A DNA stretch of 62,919 nucleotides from an uncultured Phenylobacterium sp. (lineage in GTDB: Bacteria > Pseudomonadota > Alphaproteobacteria > Caulobacterales > Caulobacteraceae). The notes below the pieces were generated by a model that made no database searches, was not told where the DNA came from, and worked only from the letters and a program-made list of their open reading frames with translations. Shown here one piece after another: positions 38,238 through 46,904 of the stretch. Within the stretch, counting starts at the first letter, position 1. Each line of letters begins with the position of its first letter. The translations under genes were made by a program, and so were the position numbers. The DNA lies in contig CAYQPL010000001.1 of NCBI GenBank assembly GCA_964419395.1, positions 1 through 62,919 on the forward strand. Reading direction: 5' to 3'.

Positions 38238-38870
38238 TCAATGGTCGTGTCCAGGATGTTCCTCGGCCGCCTCGGGAGCCATGGTCATGCCGGCCACCCC
38301 GCCTTCATTCATGAGCTCGTCGTGTCCACGCGGCGCCGCCTCGGTCATCGTCCTGTAGGCGTCCGGCGAAAGGGCCGGCAGCTTGCGCAGGAACGCGACC
38401 ATGTCCCAGATCAGCTCGTCACTATGGGTACGTCCCCAAGCCGGCATCGCCGTCATCTTGACGCCGTGCTTGATGGTCCAGAAGGCTTCGGCGTCGTCGC
38501 CGTGATAGTGGCGCGCCAGCTCCGGCGCCTGGGGATAGAGACCCTGACTCAATTCTGACGGCGCCATTCCCGGTGCGAGGTGACAGCCGGAGCACATTTC
38601 GGCGTAGAGGCCGGCGCCGGACGCGATGCGTGCCGGACTGTCGAGATCCCCTGGCGCCTGGATGCGACTGGCCCGAGCCTTGATCGAGCGCTCCCGGACG
38701 GCTTCGATCAGGGCGTAGACGGGTCGGGTGTGGGGCGCATCGGCGCCAATGTTGTAAACACCCAGGGCTATGACCGCGCCGGCGACGATCGCGATCAACA
38801 GCGCGGCGACCGCAAGCACGGTGAGCGCGAAGAGGTGTGTGCGCGGTTCGCGAAGAGACCAGTTTGCCAA
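38238..38870 (-). CDS. Membrane-anchored monoheme cytochrome c with His/Met-rich tail
   Basis: N-terminal TM; CSGCH; GLYPQAP; HGVKMTAMPAWG; GGAGG RBS before TTG. Confidence 0.88.
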   Translation of the reverse strand: MANWSLREPRTHLFALTVLAVAALLIAIVAGAVIALGVYNIGADAPHTRPVYALIEAVRERSIKARASRIQAPGDLDSPARIASGAGLYAEMCSGCHLAPGMAPSELSQGLYPQAPELARHYHGDDAEAFWTIKHGVKMTAMPAWGRTHSDELIWDMVAFLRKLPALSPDAYRTMTEAAPRGHDELMNEGGVAGMTMAPEAAEEHPGHDH

Positions 38871-38975
38871 CAGGTTGCCTCCTTAGCAGCCTGGGACCTG
38901 ACCCAAGCAGCAGGCTCCGCCATGGCCGGCTGGGCAGGTCATTCCGCAGCCATCCGACCTCGCAGCTCTAAACAG

Positions 38976-39003
38976 ATACGCGCCAGCCCACGGAACGCCC
39001 TCA
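38976..39003 (-). promoter_or_regulatory. CnrH-type ECF promoter for the cytochrome c gene
   Basis: Minus strand TGAGGGC-N16-CGTAT. Confidence 0.65.
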
Positions 39004-39026
39004 ACACGCACAGAGGCTGAGCAGGA

Positions 39027-39689
39027 ATGCCGGTCCTCGCTCAGGACACCACCAGCGGCGACTTGAGGCCGACAGCGACGGGTGCGGGGAGCGCGCCTGC
39101 GGGTGCGTATACGCCATCAGAGGCCGTCGATCTCAAAAGGCCTGAGCTGAACGGGAAACGACGATTGGAAGCAATTGGCGACAGGCTGTTCGAGATCGTC
39201 GCGCGTACTCGGGATGAGGTCGTGATGGGTCCCATGAGCGACCCGGCCGAAGCCCGACTGATAGCGGGCGTCACGCGATATTTCACGGCCGTCGCCTGGA
39301 TCGCGGCGGACGCCGAACTGGCGCGACGCCAGTTACAAGGCGTCAAGCCGAAGGCCTTCATGAGCGCCTTCCTCCAACAGATGCACCAAGAGGTTCGGCG
39401 CCTGCAGCTCGCGATCGAGCCAGGTTGCACCGATGACGAGATCTGGCGGATGCTCTTTGAGGACGCGGACCTCTACAGCCGAGCCTTGCAGGCGGCCAGG
39501 ACCCAACGGTGCGAAGACGTGCCGCTCGCTGCCGGGTTGCGATGGCTCGACGAGCGGTCGCTCTTCAATCTCGCGTCCGCCGAGGCTTACGGCGAGAGCT
39601 TCGCGGTCCTGACGATTGGGACCGCGATCCCGCCTCAGATCGTCGCTGTCTTCGAGATGATGCGCCTAGAGGGGACCGGCTCCAGCTAG
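39027..39689 (+). CDS. Hypothetical protein (start may be downstream, e.g. TTG 39165)
   Basis: Only long ORF in the interval; no motif recognised; an ECF-like TGCGGGG-N16-CGTAT lies at 39083-39110 in its 5' part. Confidence 0.5.
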   Translation: MPVLAQDTTSGDLRPTATGAGSAPAGAYTPSEAVDLKRPELNGKRRLEAIGDRLFEIVARTRDEVVMGPMSDPAEARLIAGVTRYFTAVAWIAADAELARRQLQGVKPKAFMSAFLQQMHQEVRRLQLAIEPGCTDDEIWRMLFEDADLYSRALQAARTQRCEDVPLAAGLRWLDERSLFNLASAEAYGESFAVLTIGTAIPPQIVAVFEMMRLEGTGSS

Positions 39690-39716
39690 GCGCGCAGCCG
39701 ACCGCGGCCCCCCCAG

Positions 39717-40229
39717 CTAGCGCCGCCAGCCAGTCGTAAAGTCGAGAGTCCGCAGCAGCGCGAAGGTGTTGCAGCTGGACGTACCGAGCGTGCGGCAGAC
39801 GTCTGGAACCTTGCGGTTTGCCCTTTGGCGGTTCGGGCTTGAGGTCTCGTTGCTGACGACGCAGCGCTCTTGAGGCGCGCGCAGCGCGTAGGCGATCAGG
39901 AAAGGGTCGCGACCGACCCGCTCCAGTTCCACATCGTTCAAGTCGGCCGCGTATCCGTCGTCGATGACGCGCTGGACGTCCTCAGGCGCGATCACTTCGT
40001 CGAGCACCAGCGCGCGTTTCACCTCCACGCGCTGCAGCCAGCCGTAAAGGAGGTCCTTCTCCGCATCACCCGTCCCGTCCCGCACTTCCTCGAAGATTTC
40101 GAGGGGCATGCAGACCCGCCCCTGCTCCGCCTGGTGCAGCAGCCACTCCCAGAACTCCGGCACCCGGTTGATGGGGTAGTAGTTGTTGTGGGCGGTGATC
40201 AGAACATTCGCGTCGAGCAGGTAGAGCAC
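39717..40229 (-). CDS. DUF4411-family PIN-domain protein
   Basis: YLLDANVLI, YYP, FWEWL, DPFLIAYA, VVSNE, KVPDVC; start overlaps the upstream stop. Confidence 0.85.
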   Translation of the reverse strand: MLYLLDANVLITAHNNYYPINRVPEFWEWLLHQAEQGRVCMPLEIFEEVRDGTGDAEKDLLYGWLQRVEVKRALVLDEVIAPEDVQRVIDDGYAADLNDVELERVGRDPFLIAYALRAPQERCVVSNETSSPNRQRANRKVPDVCRTLGTSSCNTFALLRTLDFTTGWRR

Positions 40230-41413
40230 TAGCCGGCGCCCCCGGCGACCAGCGGCTCCACGTTGCGCGGACGGACCCCAAGGACCTTGCCGGCCTTCGT
40301 TGGCGTGAGAGTGCCTTCATCCAGCGTCCGGCGGACAAGCTGAAGCAGCGCCCCGCCAAGCTTATGACGACGCACGACGTAGTAGTTGGGACCGCCCTCC
40401 GAGGCGCGTTCTCGCTGGCGCCGCTCGTCACGATCCCTGAGATACTCGTCGCGGAACGCCCCGCTGACCGTCCGCCAGCGATCCTCTGTCAGGGCGCCCG
40501 ATAGGCTAAGTCTATACGCCACGAGGGCGCGACTGATGTGGCGCCCGTTCGAAAACTCGGTGATCCGCTGCTGCACGGCCGCGAGGTCCGCATTGCGCAC
40601 ATCGAGGCCGGCAAGCTCTTCGGCGGGGAGCAGCAGGGCGCTGGCGACATCGTTGCAGAAGCGCTCCATGCGCGCCTCCATCGACCCGCCGCTGATGCCA
40701 GTCTGGCCCAAGATTATGTGCGCAAGCTCATGCAGCAGGGTGAACGCCCAGGCCGATTTGGCGTCCTGGTCGTTGATCACGATGAACGGCGCAATCTCGT
40801 CAGCCAGGGCGAAGCCCCTGAAGGCCTCCACGTCGATCGCGCTGTGGTGCGAGCCGAGATTGCCGATGAGCAGAACGAAAACCCCGGCGGCTTCGACCTG
40901 GCGTCGTAAATAGTTGAACGCCAGCTCGGTCGTGCGCTGAGCACGAAACTCGGCCAGGCTGAAGCTGATCGCCCCGCTCACGGCGCGCGCAACGCCGGCG
41001 ACGCCGGCGTTCAAGGTCCGCGACGCGACGAAGCCGAGCGGCGAGGCGTCCTCGTCCTCCAGCAGCGCGCGCACCACCCCTTGGCGTGCGCGGATATCCC
41101 GAACGAGCGCATCTACCGCCCCCGCTGCGCCCGCGCGCTGGTCATCCGGAAGCGTTCGGAAGTCCTCGCCCCGATCGGCTTTCGGCGGCGGCTTGGCAAG
41201 GTAGAAGGTGATCAGCGGCCGCCGATACACCTGCGCCATCTTCAGCAAGGTGGGTCGGCTGACCTCGCCCTCCCCGGCCTCGAGCGCAGCCAGCCGCTCC
41301 GCACCGGGCCCTTGGCGCGTGTCCCGCAGGCCGACCTTCTGGGCAGCCTCCGGCAACGCGAGACCGGCGGTCTCGCGCGCCCAGGTCAGAATGGCCGGGT
41401 TGACGTGGGTCAT
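40229..41413 (-). CDS. XRE-HTH plus ImmA/IrrE (M78) metallopeptidase
   Basis: VNPAILTWARETAGL HTH; FRGFAL; FTLLHELAH; ERFCNDVA. Confidence 0.9.
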   Translation of the reverse strand: MTHVNPAILTWARETAGLALPEAAQKVGLRDTRQGPGAERLAALEAGEGEVSRPTLLKMAQVYRRPLITFYLAKPPPKADRGEDFRTLPDDQRAGAAGAVDALVRDIRARQGVVRALLEDEDASPLGFVASRTLNAGVAGVARAVSGAISFSLAEFRAQRTTELAFNYLRRQVEAAGVFVLLIGNLGSHHSAIDVEAFRGFALADEIAPFIVINDQDAKSAWAFTLLHELAHIILGQTGISGGSMEARMERFCNDVASALLLPAEELAGLDVRNADLAAVQQRITEFSNGRHISRALVAYRLSLSGALTEDRWRTVSGAFRDEYLRDRDERRQRERASEGGPNYYVVRRHKLGGALLQLVRRTLDEGTLTPTKAGKVLGVRPRNVEPLVAGGAG

Positions 41414-41468
41414 GGCGTATCCATGCCCCGAAATGGTTGACGGGGCGAGAAGCTCCCCCATTTGAGCC

Positions 41469-42053
41469 TCAGCATGACCCAGCTTCCGCACCTTCGGCTT
41501 CGTCGCGCGCCAGCCGCCGATAGAGGGTCGCGCGCCCGCAGCCGATCAACTTCGCAGCCGATGGCACGCTGAGCGAGCCGCTGCGCAGCAAGGGTCCGTA
41601 ATGGGCCCACTGGTCGTCGCTGATCTTGGCCGGCCGGCCAAATCTCACGCCGCGCGCCTGAGCGGCCGTCCGCCCCGCGCCCGTCCGTTGAAGGATCAAG
41701 CTGCGCTCGAACTCCGCGATGCCGGCAAACACGGTAAGCACCATCTTGCCTGCCGCCGACGTGGTGTCGGCCCACGGCTCAGCCAACGACCGCAGACCCG
41801 CACCGCGTTCGGCGATCTCTTCCGCCAAGGTCAGCAGGTCGCGCGTCGAGCGCGCCAGCCGGTCCAGCCGCGACACGATGACGACATCGCCTTCTCGCAG
41901 GTGCTCCAACAGGCGATCGAGCTCCGCGCGCGCCCGCTTCGCTCCCGATACCTTTTCCTCGAAGATTTTCCGGCAACCCGCATCTTTCAGCGACGCGCGT
42001 TGCAGCGCGAGGTCCTGATCATCGGTCGAAACGCGGGCGTAGCCGAGCAGCAT
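41469..42053 (-). CDS. Serine recombinase (resolvase/invertase) with C-terminal HTH
   Basis: GYARVSTDDQ, EKVSG, RLDRLARS, AEFERSLI, FGRP, RATLYR. Confidence 0.93.
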   Translation of the reverse strand: MLLGYARVSTDDQDLALQRASLKDAGCRKIFEEKVSGAKRARAELDRLLEHLREGDVVIVSRLDRLARSTRDLLTLAEEIAERGAGLRSLAEPWADTTSAAGKMVLTVFAGIAEFERSLILQRTGAGRTAAQARGVRFGRPAKISDDQWAHYGPLLRSGSLSVPSAAKLIGCGRATLYRRLARDEAEGAEAGSC

Positions 42054-42061
42054 GCGGAAGA

Positions 42062-42173
42062 GTCCCAAAACTCGTGTCGATAGTCAATGCTTTCGAGACT
42101 GACTTTTGAGACACGCCGCCGCGGGCGCAGTCCCCATTCTCCGCCGAGTCTCGAAACTTAGGAGTTTTAGGAC
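42062..42173. mobile_element. res-like site upstream of the resolvase
   Basis: Several GTC(C/T)C.AAA-type half-sites; dyad GTCTCGAAACT-TAGG-AGTTTTAGGAC at 42148-42173. Confidence 0.7.
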
Positions 42174-42907
42174 ACCAGACCTAGGGCTTCATGTTCCATG
42201 GCCGCCGCTGCGAGCTCAGCTCCACGCAGCACTCGACCTTCCGCTTTCCGCTCGCTGTAGCGGTCCACGAGGTAGTCGGCGCGGTCCCGCGTCAACAGGG
42301 TGAACTTGTAAAGCTCCTCCATCACGTCGCCCACGCGGTCGTAGTAGGCGGACGGCTTCATGCGCCCAGCTTCGTCGAACTCTTGGTAGGCCTTGGCCAC
42401 CGAGGATTGGTTGGGGATGGTGATCATCCGCATCCAGCGTCCGAGGAAGCGCAGGGTGTTCACGGCATTGAACGATTGCGAGCCTCCGGACACCTGCATG
42501 ACCGCCAAGGTGCGGCCCTGGGTCGGCCGCACACTGCCGATCTCCAGGGGAATCCAGTCGATCTGCGCCTTCATGATCCCGGAGATCGCCCCGTGGCGTT
42601 CCGGGCTGCACCAGACCTGGCCTTCGGACCACTGTGAAAGCGCCCGCAGCTCCTGCACCTTAGGATGGTCCGGTGACACGGCGTCGGGCAAGGGCAGGTC
42701 TCGCGGATCGAAGATGCGCGTCTCGGCGCCGAAGCGCTGCAGGATGCGGGCGGCCTCCTCCGTCAGCAGCCGGCTGTACGAGCGTTCGCGAAGCGAACCG
42801 TAGAGCAGCAGGATCCGCGGCGGGTGGGTCGCAGTCGATATGGCGTTCAGCTTCTCCAGGCTCGGCGTCTCGAGGAACTGCGGCTGCAGGGCGGGAAATT
42901 CGGTCAT
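42167..42907 (-). CDS. arsH: Arsenical resistance flavoprotein ArsH
   Basis: [44 protein letters not shown]. Confidence 0.95.
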   Translation of the reverse strand: MTEFPALQPQFLETPSLEKLNAISTATHPPRILLLYGSLRERSYSRLLTEEAARILQRFGAETRIFDPRDLPLPDAVSPDHPKVQELRALSQWSEGQVWCSPERHGAISGIMKAQIDWIPLEIGSVRPTQGRTLAVMQVSGGSQSFNAVNTLRFLGRWMRMITIPNQSSVAKAYQEFDEAGRMKPSAYYDRVGDVMEELYKFTLLTRDRADYLVDRYSERKAEGRVLRGAELAAAAMEHEALGLVS

Positions 42908-42968
42908 TCGGAACCTCGAACGTCGGACGCGACTTCAAACTGTCGTAGACTTCCTATATTGTCGAAAT

Positions 42969-43322
42969 ATGGAAACAAAGCCTGCCCTTGCAAGCCTGTC
43001 CGCCCTCGCTCACGAGGTTCGCCTCTCCGCTTTCCGCCTCCTGGTTCAGGCCGGACCTGAGGGCCTGCCGGCCGGCGAAGTGGCCCGTCGCCTGGGCGTG
43101 CTGCCCAACACCCTGTCGGCGAGCCTCAATGTGCTCAGCCATGCGGGCCTGATCGACTCACGTCGAGAGGGCCGCTCAATCATCTACAGCGCCAACTACG
43201 ACGCCATGCGCGAGCTGTTGGCCTTTCTGATGGAGGACTGCTGCGGCGGTTCGCCGGAGATCTGCGCGCCCCTGGCCGCCATCGTCAGCCAATGCTGCGT
43301 GGCCGAAGGCGCGCGTGCCTGA
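42969..43322 (+). CDS. arsR: ArsR repressor with C-terminal CC...C arsenite site
   Basis: ALAHEVRLSAFRLLV, NTLS, RREGRSIIY, EDCCGGSPEIC. Confidence 0.9.
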   Translation: METKPALASLSALAHEVRLSAFRLLVQAGPEGLPAGEVARRLGVLPNTLSASLNVLSHAGLIDSRREGRSIIYSANYDAMRELLAFLMEDCCGGSPEICAPLAAIVSQCCVAEGARA

Positions 43323-43332
43323 GGAGCCGCCC

Positions 43333-43851
43333 GTGAGCGACAAGACCTACAACATCCTCTTCCTGTGCACCGGCAACTCGGCCCGGTCCGTCATTGCCGA
43401 GGCGCTGATGAACAAGGAGGGCCAAGGACGCTTCAAGGCTTACTCGGCGGGCTCCATGCCCACGGGACGTGTCAATCCACACGCCCTGTCGATCACCCGT
43501 GCCCTCGGCTTCGAGGACATGGCGTTCCGCTCCAAGTCCTGGGACGAGTTCGCAAAGCCGGGCGCCCCGCCGCTCGATTTCATCATCACTGTCTGTGACA
43601 ACGCCGCCGGCGAGGTCTGCCCTGTGTGGCCGGGCCAGCCGATGACCGCCCATTGGGGCGTGCCGGACCCGGCTGCGGTCGAGGGCTCCGAGGCCGAGAT
43701 CGCCGCGGCCTTCTCCGAGACGGCGCGGATGCTGGGCAACCGCATCCGCATCTTCCTCAACCTGCCGCTGGCTTCCATCGACCGCATGTCCCTGCAGGCC
43801 AAGCTGCGCGAGATCGGCCAGTCCGCCGACGAGATCCAATCCACCCAATGA
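43333..43851 (+). CDS. arsC: Arsenate reductase, LMW-PTP fold
   Basis: ILFLCTGNSARS, ITVCD, CPVWPG, HWGVPDP. Confidence 0.9.
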   Translation: MSDKTYNILFLCTGNSARSVIAEALMNKEGQGRFKAYSAGSMPTGRVNPHALSITRALGFEDMAFRSKSWDEFAKPGAPPLDFIITVCDNAAGEVCPVWPGQPMTAHWGVPDPAAVEGSEAEIAAAFSETARMLGNRIRIFLNLPLASIDRMSLQAKLREIGQSADEIQSTQ

Positions 43852-44963
43852 CCACGATCGAGCCGCCGGCCCTGGCCGAAGGGCCCAAGGCCCTGTCCCG
43901 CTTCGAGCGTTTCCTGACCCTGTGGGTGGCGCTCTGCATCATCGTCGGCGTTGGGTTGGGCCACCTCTTCCCAAGCGTTTTCCAGGCTATCGGTGGCGCC
44001 GAGGTCGCCAAGGTGAACCTGCCGGTGGCGGTGCTGATCTGGCTGATGATCATTCCGATGCTCATGAAGGTCGATTTCGGCGCCATGCGCCAGGTTGGCC
44101 AGCACTGGCGAGGCATCGGCGTGACCCTGTTCGTCAACTGGGCGGTGAAGCCGTTTTCGATGGCGGCGCTGGGCGCCTTCTTCATCGGCTACCTGTTCCG
44201 CCCTTACCTGCCGGCCGGCGAGATCAACAGCTACATCGCCGGCCTCATCCTGCTTGCCGCGGCGCCCTGCACGGCCATGGTGTTCGTCTGGAGCAATCTG
44301 ACCCGAGGCGAGCCGCACTTCACCTTGAGCCAAGTGGCGGTCAACGACGCCATCATGGTGGTAGCGTTCGCCCCGATTGTCGGCCTGCTGCTGGGCCTGT
44401 CGGCTATCACCGTGCCGTGGGACACGTTGCTGCTCTCGGTCGGGCTCTACATTATAGTGCCCGTCGTCCTGGCGCAGCTTCTGCGAGGCGCGTTCATCAG
44501 GCGCGGCGGCGAGGCTGAGCTTCAGCGCGTCCTCGGACGCATCGGGCCGCTCTCGCTCACGGCCCTGCTCGCGACCCTGGTGCTGCTGTTCGGCTTCCAG
44601 GGCGAGCAGATCTTCACCCAGCCGGCGATCATCGCCATGCTGGCCGTGCCGATCCTGATCCAGGTCTACGCCAACTCGGCCGTCGCCTATCTGCTCAACC
44701 GCGCCACGGGTGAAGCCCACTGCGTCGCCGGACCGTCCGCGCTGATCGGGGCCAGCAACTTCTTCGAGTTGGCCGTCGCCGCCGCCATCAGCCTGTTCGG
44801 CTTCTCCTCCGGCGCGGCGCTGGCTACCGTGGTCGGCGTGTTGATCGAAGTGCCGGTCATGCTGACCATCGTCGCTATCGTGAACCGGTCGAAGGGTTGG
44901 TACGAGCGCGGCGCGGCCGTTCAACGGGTGGCGGCGCGTTGCGCCTCACCAATCACGAGGTGA
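43848..44963 (+). CDS. acr3: Acr3 arsenite efflux transporter
   Basis: FERFLTLWV, NWAVKPF, AAPCTAMVFVW, ASNFFELAVA, GVLIEVPVM. Confidence 0.95.
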   Translation: MTTIEPPALAEGPKALSRFERFLTLWVALCIIVGVGLGHLFPSVFQAIGGAEVAKVNLPVAVLIWLMIIPMLMKVDFGAMRQVGQHWRGIGVTLFVNWAVKPFSMAALGAFFIGYLFRPYLPAGEINSYIAGLILLAAAPCTAMVFVWSNLTRGEPHFTLSQVAVNDAIMVVAFAPIVGLLLGLSAITVPWDTLLLSVGLYIIVPVVLAQLLRGAFIRRGGEAELQRVLGRIGPLSLTALLATLVLLFGFQGEQIFTQPAIIAMLAVPILIQVYANSAVAYLLNRATGEAHCVAGPSALIGASNFFELAVAAAISLFGFSSGAALATVVGVLIEVPVMLTIVAIVNRSKGWYERGAAVQRVAARCASPITR

Positions 44964-44968
44964 CCTGC

Positions 44969-45379
44969 ATGTCCGCCTTCTCGATCACCATCTTCCACAA
45001 TCCGGCGTGCGGCACCTCGCGCAACACGGTCGCCCTCGTAAGGGCCGCTGGCTATGAGCCCGAGGTCGTCGAGTACCTGCAGACCGGATGGACCAAGCCG
45101 CAGCTGCAGGAGCTGCTCGCGGCCATGGGCGCCAAGCCGCGCGACATCCTGCGCGACAAGGGCACGCCAGCGGTCGAGCTGGGGCTGCACGGTGCGGAGG
45201 CCAGCGACGAGGCCATCCTCGACGCCATGGTGGCGCACCCGATCCTGGTGAATCGCCCGATCGTCGTCACCCCGAAGGGCGTGAAACTCAGCCGGCCTTC
45301 AGAGGCTGTCCTCGATTTGCTCGATCGCAAGCCCGACAGCTTTAGAAAGGAGGATGGCGAGGTCATTCCGCTCGGCTAA
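44969..45379 (+). CDS. arsC: Glutaredoxin-dependent arsenate reductase
   Basis: HNPACGTSRN, HPILVNRPIV, RPSE, KEDGE. Confidence 0.9.
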   Translation: MSAFSITIFHNPACGTSRNTVALVRAAGYEPEVVEYLQTGWTKPQLQELLAAMGAKPRDILRDKGTPAVELGLHGAEASDEAILDAMVAHPILVNRPIVVTPKGVKLSRPSEAVLDLLDRKPDSFRKEDGEVIPLG

Positions 45380-45381
45380 AA

Positions 45382-45457
45382 GTCCCGCAACCCAGTGACA
45401 TTCGAGATCCTTCTGAGACGACTTGTTTGCGCGGCACGAACTTAGGAGTTTCGGGAC
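45382..45457. mobile_element. Second, degenerate res-like site in direct orientation
   Basis: Shares AACTTAGGAGTTT (45439-45451) with 42155-42167, plus AGTCCC, TTCGAGA and TGAGAC blocks in the same order. Confidence 0.55.
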
Positions 45458-45503
45458 CTTCCTCTTCCTGACACCACGCCAAGACGGCTGCGGTCACGCG
45501 GTC

Positions 45504-46904
45504 TCAGACCACAGCCAAGTCTAATAGGTGGAACGCCATACCGACGGCGGCGCAGCCGAGCAGCACCGGGATCACGCCCATCTTGAAGCGGAAGACGGCG
45601 AGCGCCGCGGCCAGGGTGAGGACGAGCGAGGCCCAGTTGATCGTCGACAGCACCGGCACGTCCATGCGAAGCCCCCAGCCGGCCACCTCCCGCACCTCCC
45701 GGAAGAGCACGTGCAGCCCGAACCAGATCGCCAGGTTAAGGATCACGCCCACCACGGCCGCCGTGATGGCGGCCAGGGCGGCGTTGAGCGCCCTGGCCCC
45801 GCGGAGCGCCTCGACGAAGGGGGCGCCCAGGAAGATCCAGAGAAAGCAGGGGGTGAAGGTGACCCAGGTGGTGAGCACCCCGCCAAGCACGCCGGCCAGC
45901 AAGGGCGACAGGCCCTCGGCGCCGCGGAAGGCGCCCATGAAGCCGACGAACTGGGTGACGATGATCAGCGGGCCCGGCGTGGTCTCGGCCATGCCGAGGC
46001 CGTCGAGCATCTCGCCGGGCCGCAGCCACCCATAGGTCTCCACCGCCTCCTGGGCGACGTAGGCCAGCACGGCGTAGGCCCCGCCGAAGGTGACCACCGC
46101 CATCTTGGAGAAGAAGACCGCGATCTGGGAGAAGATGTTGTCCCAGCCGACCAGCAACCCCAGCCCCAGCACCGGCGCCGCCCACAGCGCCGCCAGCAGC
46201 CCCGAAATCTTCAGCGACCAGAGGAGATTCGGCCGGGCGTGAGCGGGCGTCCCTTCGCCGAGGAGACTGTCGGCGTCGAGCACCTCCTTGGCCACCACCG
46301 CGCCATGGCCGCCGCCCACGAGGAAGGCCGGGACGCCGGCGCGCCCGCCGATGAAGCCGACCAGCGCCGCCGCGAGGATGATCAAGGGAAACGGCACGTC
46401 GAAGGCGAAGATGGCCACGAAGGCGGCGGCCGCGATGCCGATTATCACCGCATTCTTCAGCGAGCGACTACCGACGCGCACCACCGCCTGCAGGACGATG
46501 GCGAGCACGGCGGCCTTCAGGCCGAAGAACAGGGCCGCGACCATGCCGACGCCGCCCAGCAGCGCATAGAGGACGCTGAGCGCCATGATGGCCAGGAAGC
46601 CGGGCAGGACGAAGAGCACCCCGGCCAGCAGGCCGCCGGCGGTGCCGTGCATCAGCCAGCCGATGTAGATGGCGAGCTGCTGCGCCTCGGGGCCCGGCAG
46701 GAGCATGCAGTAGTTCAAGGCATGCAGGAACCGCCGCTCGCCGAGCCAGCGCTTCTCCTCCACGAGGATGCGATGCATCATCGCGATCTGTCCCGCGGGA
46801 CCGCCGAAGCTGAGGGCGGCGACCCGAGCCCAGACCTTCATCGCCTCGGCGAAGGACACGCCGTGACCGTGGGATGGAGACGCGACTTCGGCGGCCGTGG
46901 TCAT
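45504..46904 (-). CDS. chrA: Chromate efflux transporter (long-chain CHR)
   Basis: SFGGPAGQI, LLPGPEAQQ, TFGGAYAV, ETTPGP. Confidence 0.95.
   Translation of the reverse strand: MTTAAEVASPSHGHGVSFAEAMKVWARVAALSFGGPAGQIAMMHRILVEEKRWLGERRFLHALNYCMLLPGPEAQQLAIYIGWLMHGTAGGLLAGVLFVLPGFLAIMALSVLYALLGGVGMVAALFFGLKAAVLAIVLQAVVRVGSRSLKNAVIIGIAAAAFVAIFAFDVPFPLIILAAALVGFIGGRAGVPAFLVGGGHGAVVAKEVLDADSLLGEGTPAHARPNLLWSLKISGLLAALWAAPVLGLGLLVGWDNIFSQIAVFFSKMAVVTFGGAYAVLAYVAQEAVETYGWLRPGEMLDGLGMAETTPGPLIIVTQFVGFMGAFRGAEGLSPLLAGVLGGVLTTWVTFTPCFLWIFLGAPFVEALRGARALNAALAAITAAVVGVILNLAIWFGLHVLFREVREVAGWGLRMDVPVLSTINWASLVLTLAAALAVFRFKMGVIPVLLGCAAVGMAFHLLDLAVV

Noticed and set aside
41469-45457. Tn3-family transposon around the resolvase
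   Set aside because: No transposase and no 38-bp terminal inverted repeats seen in the window.
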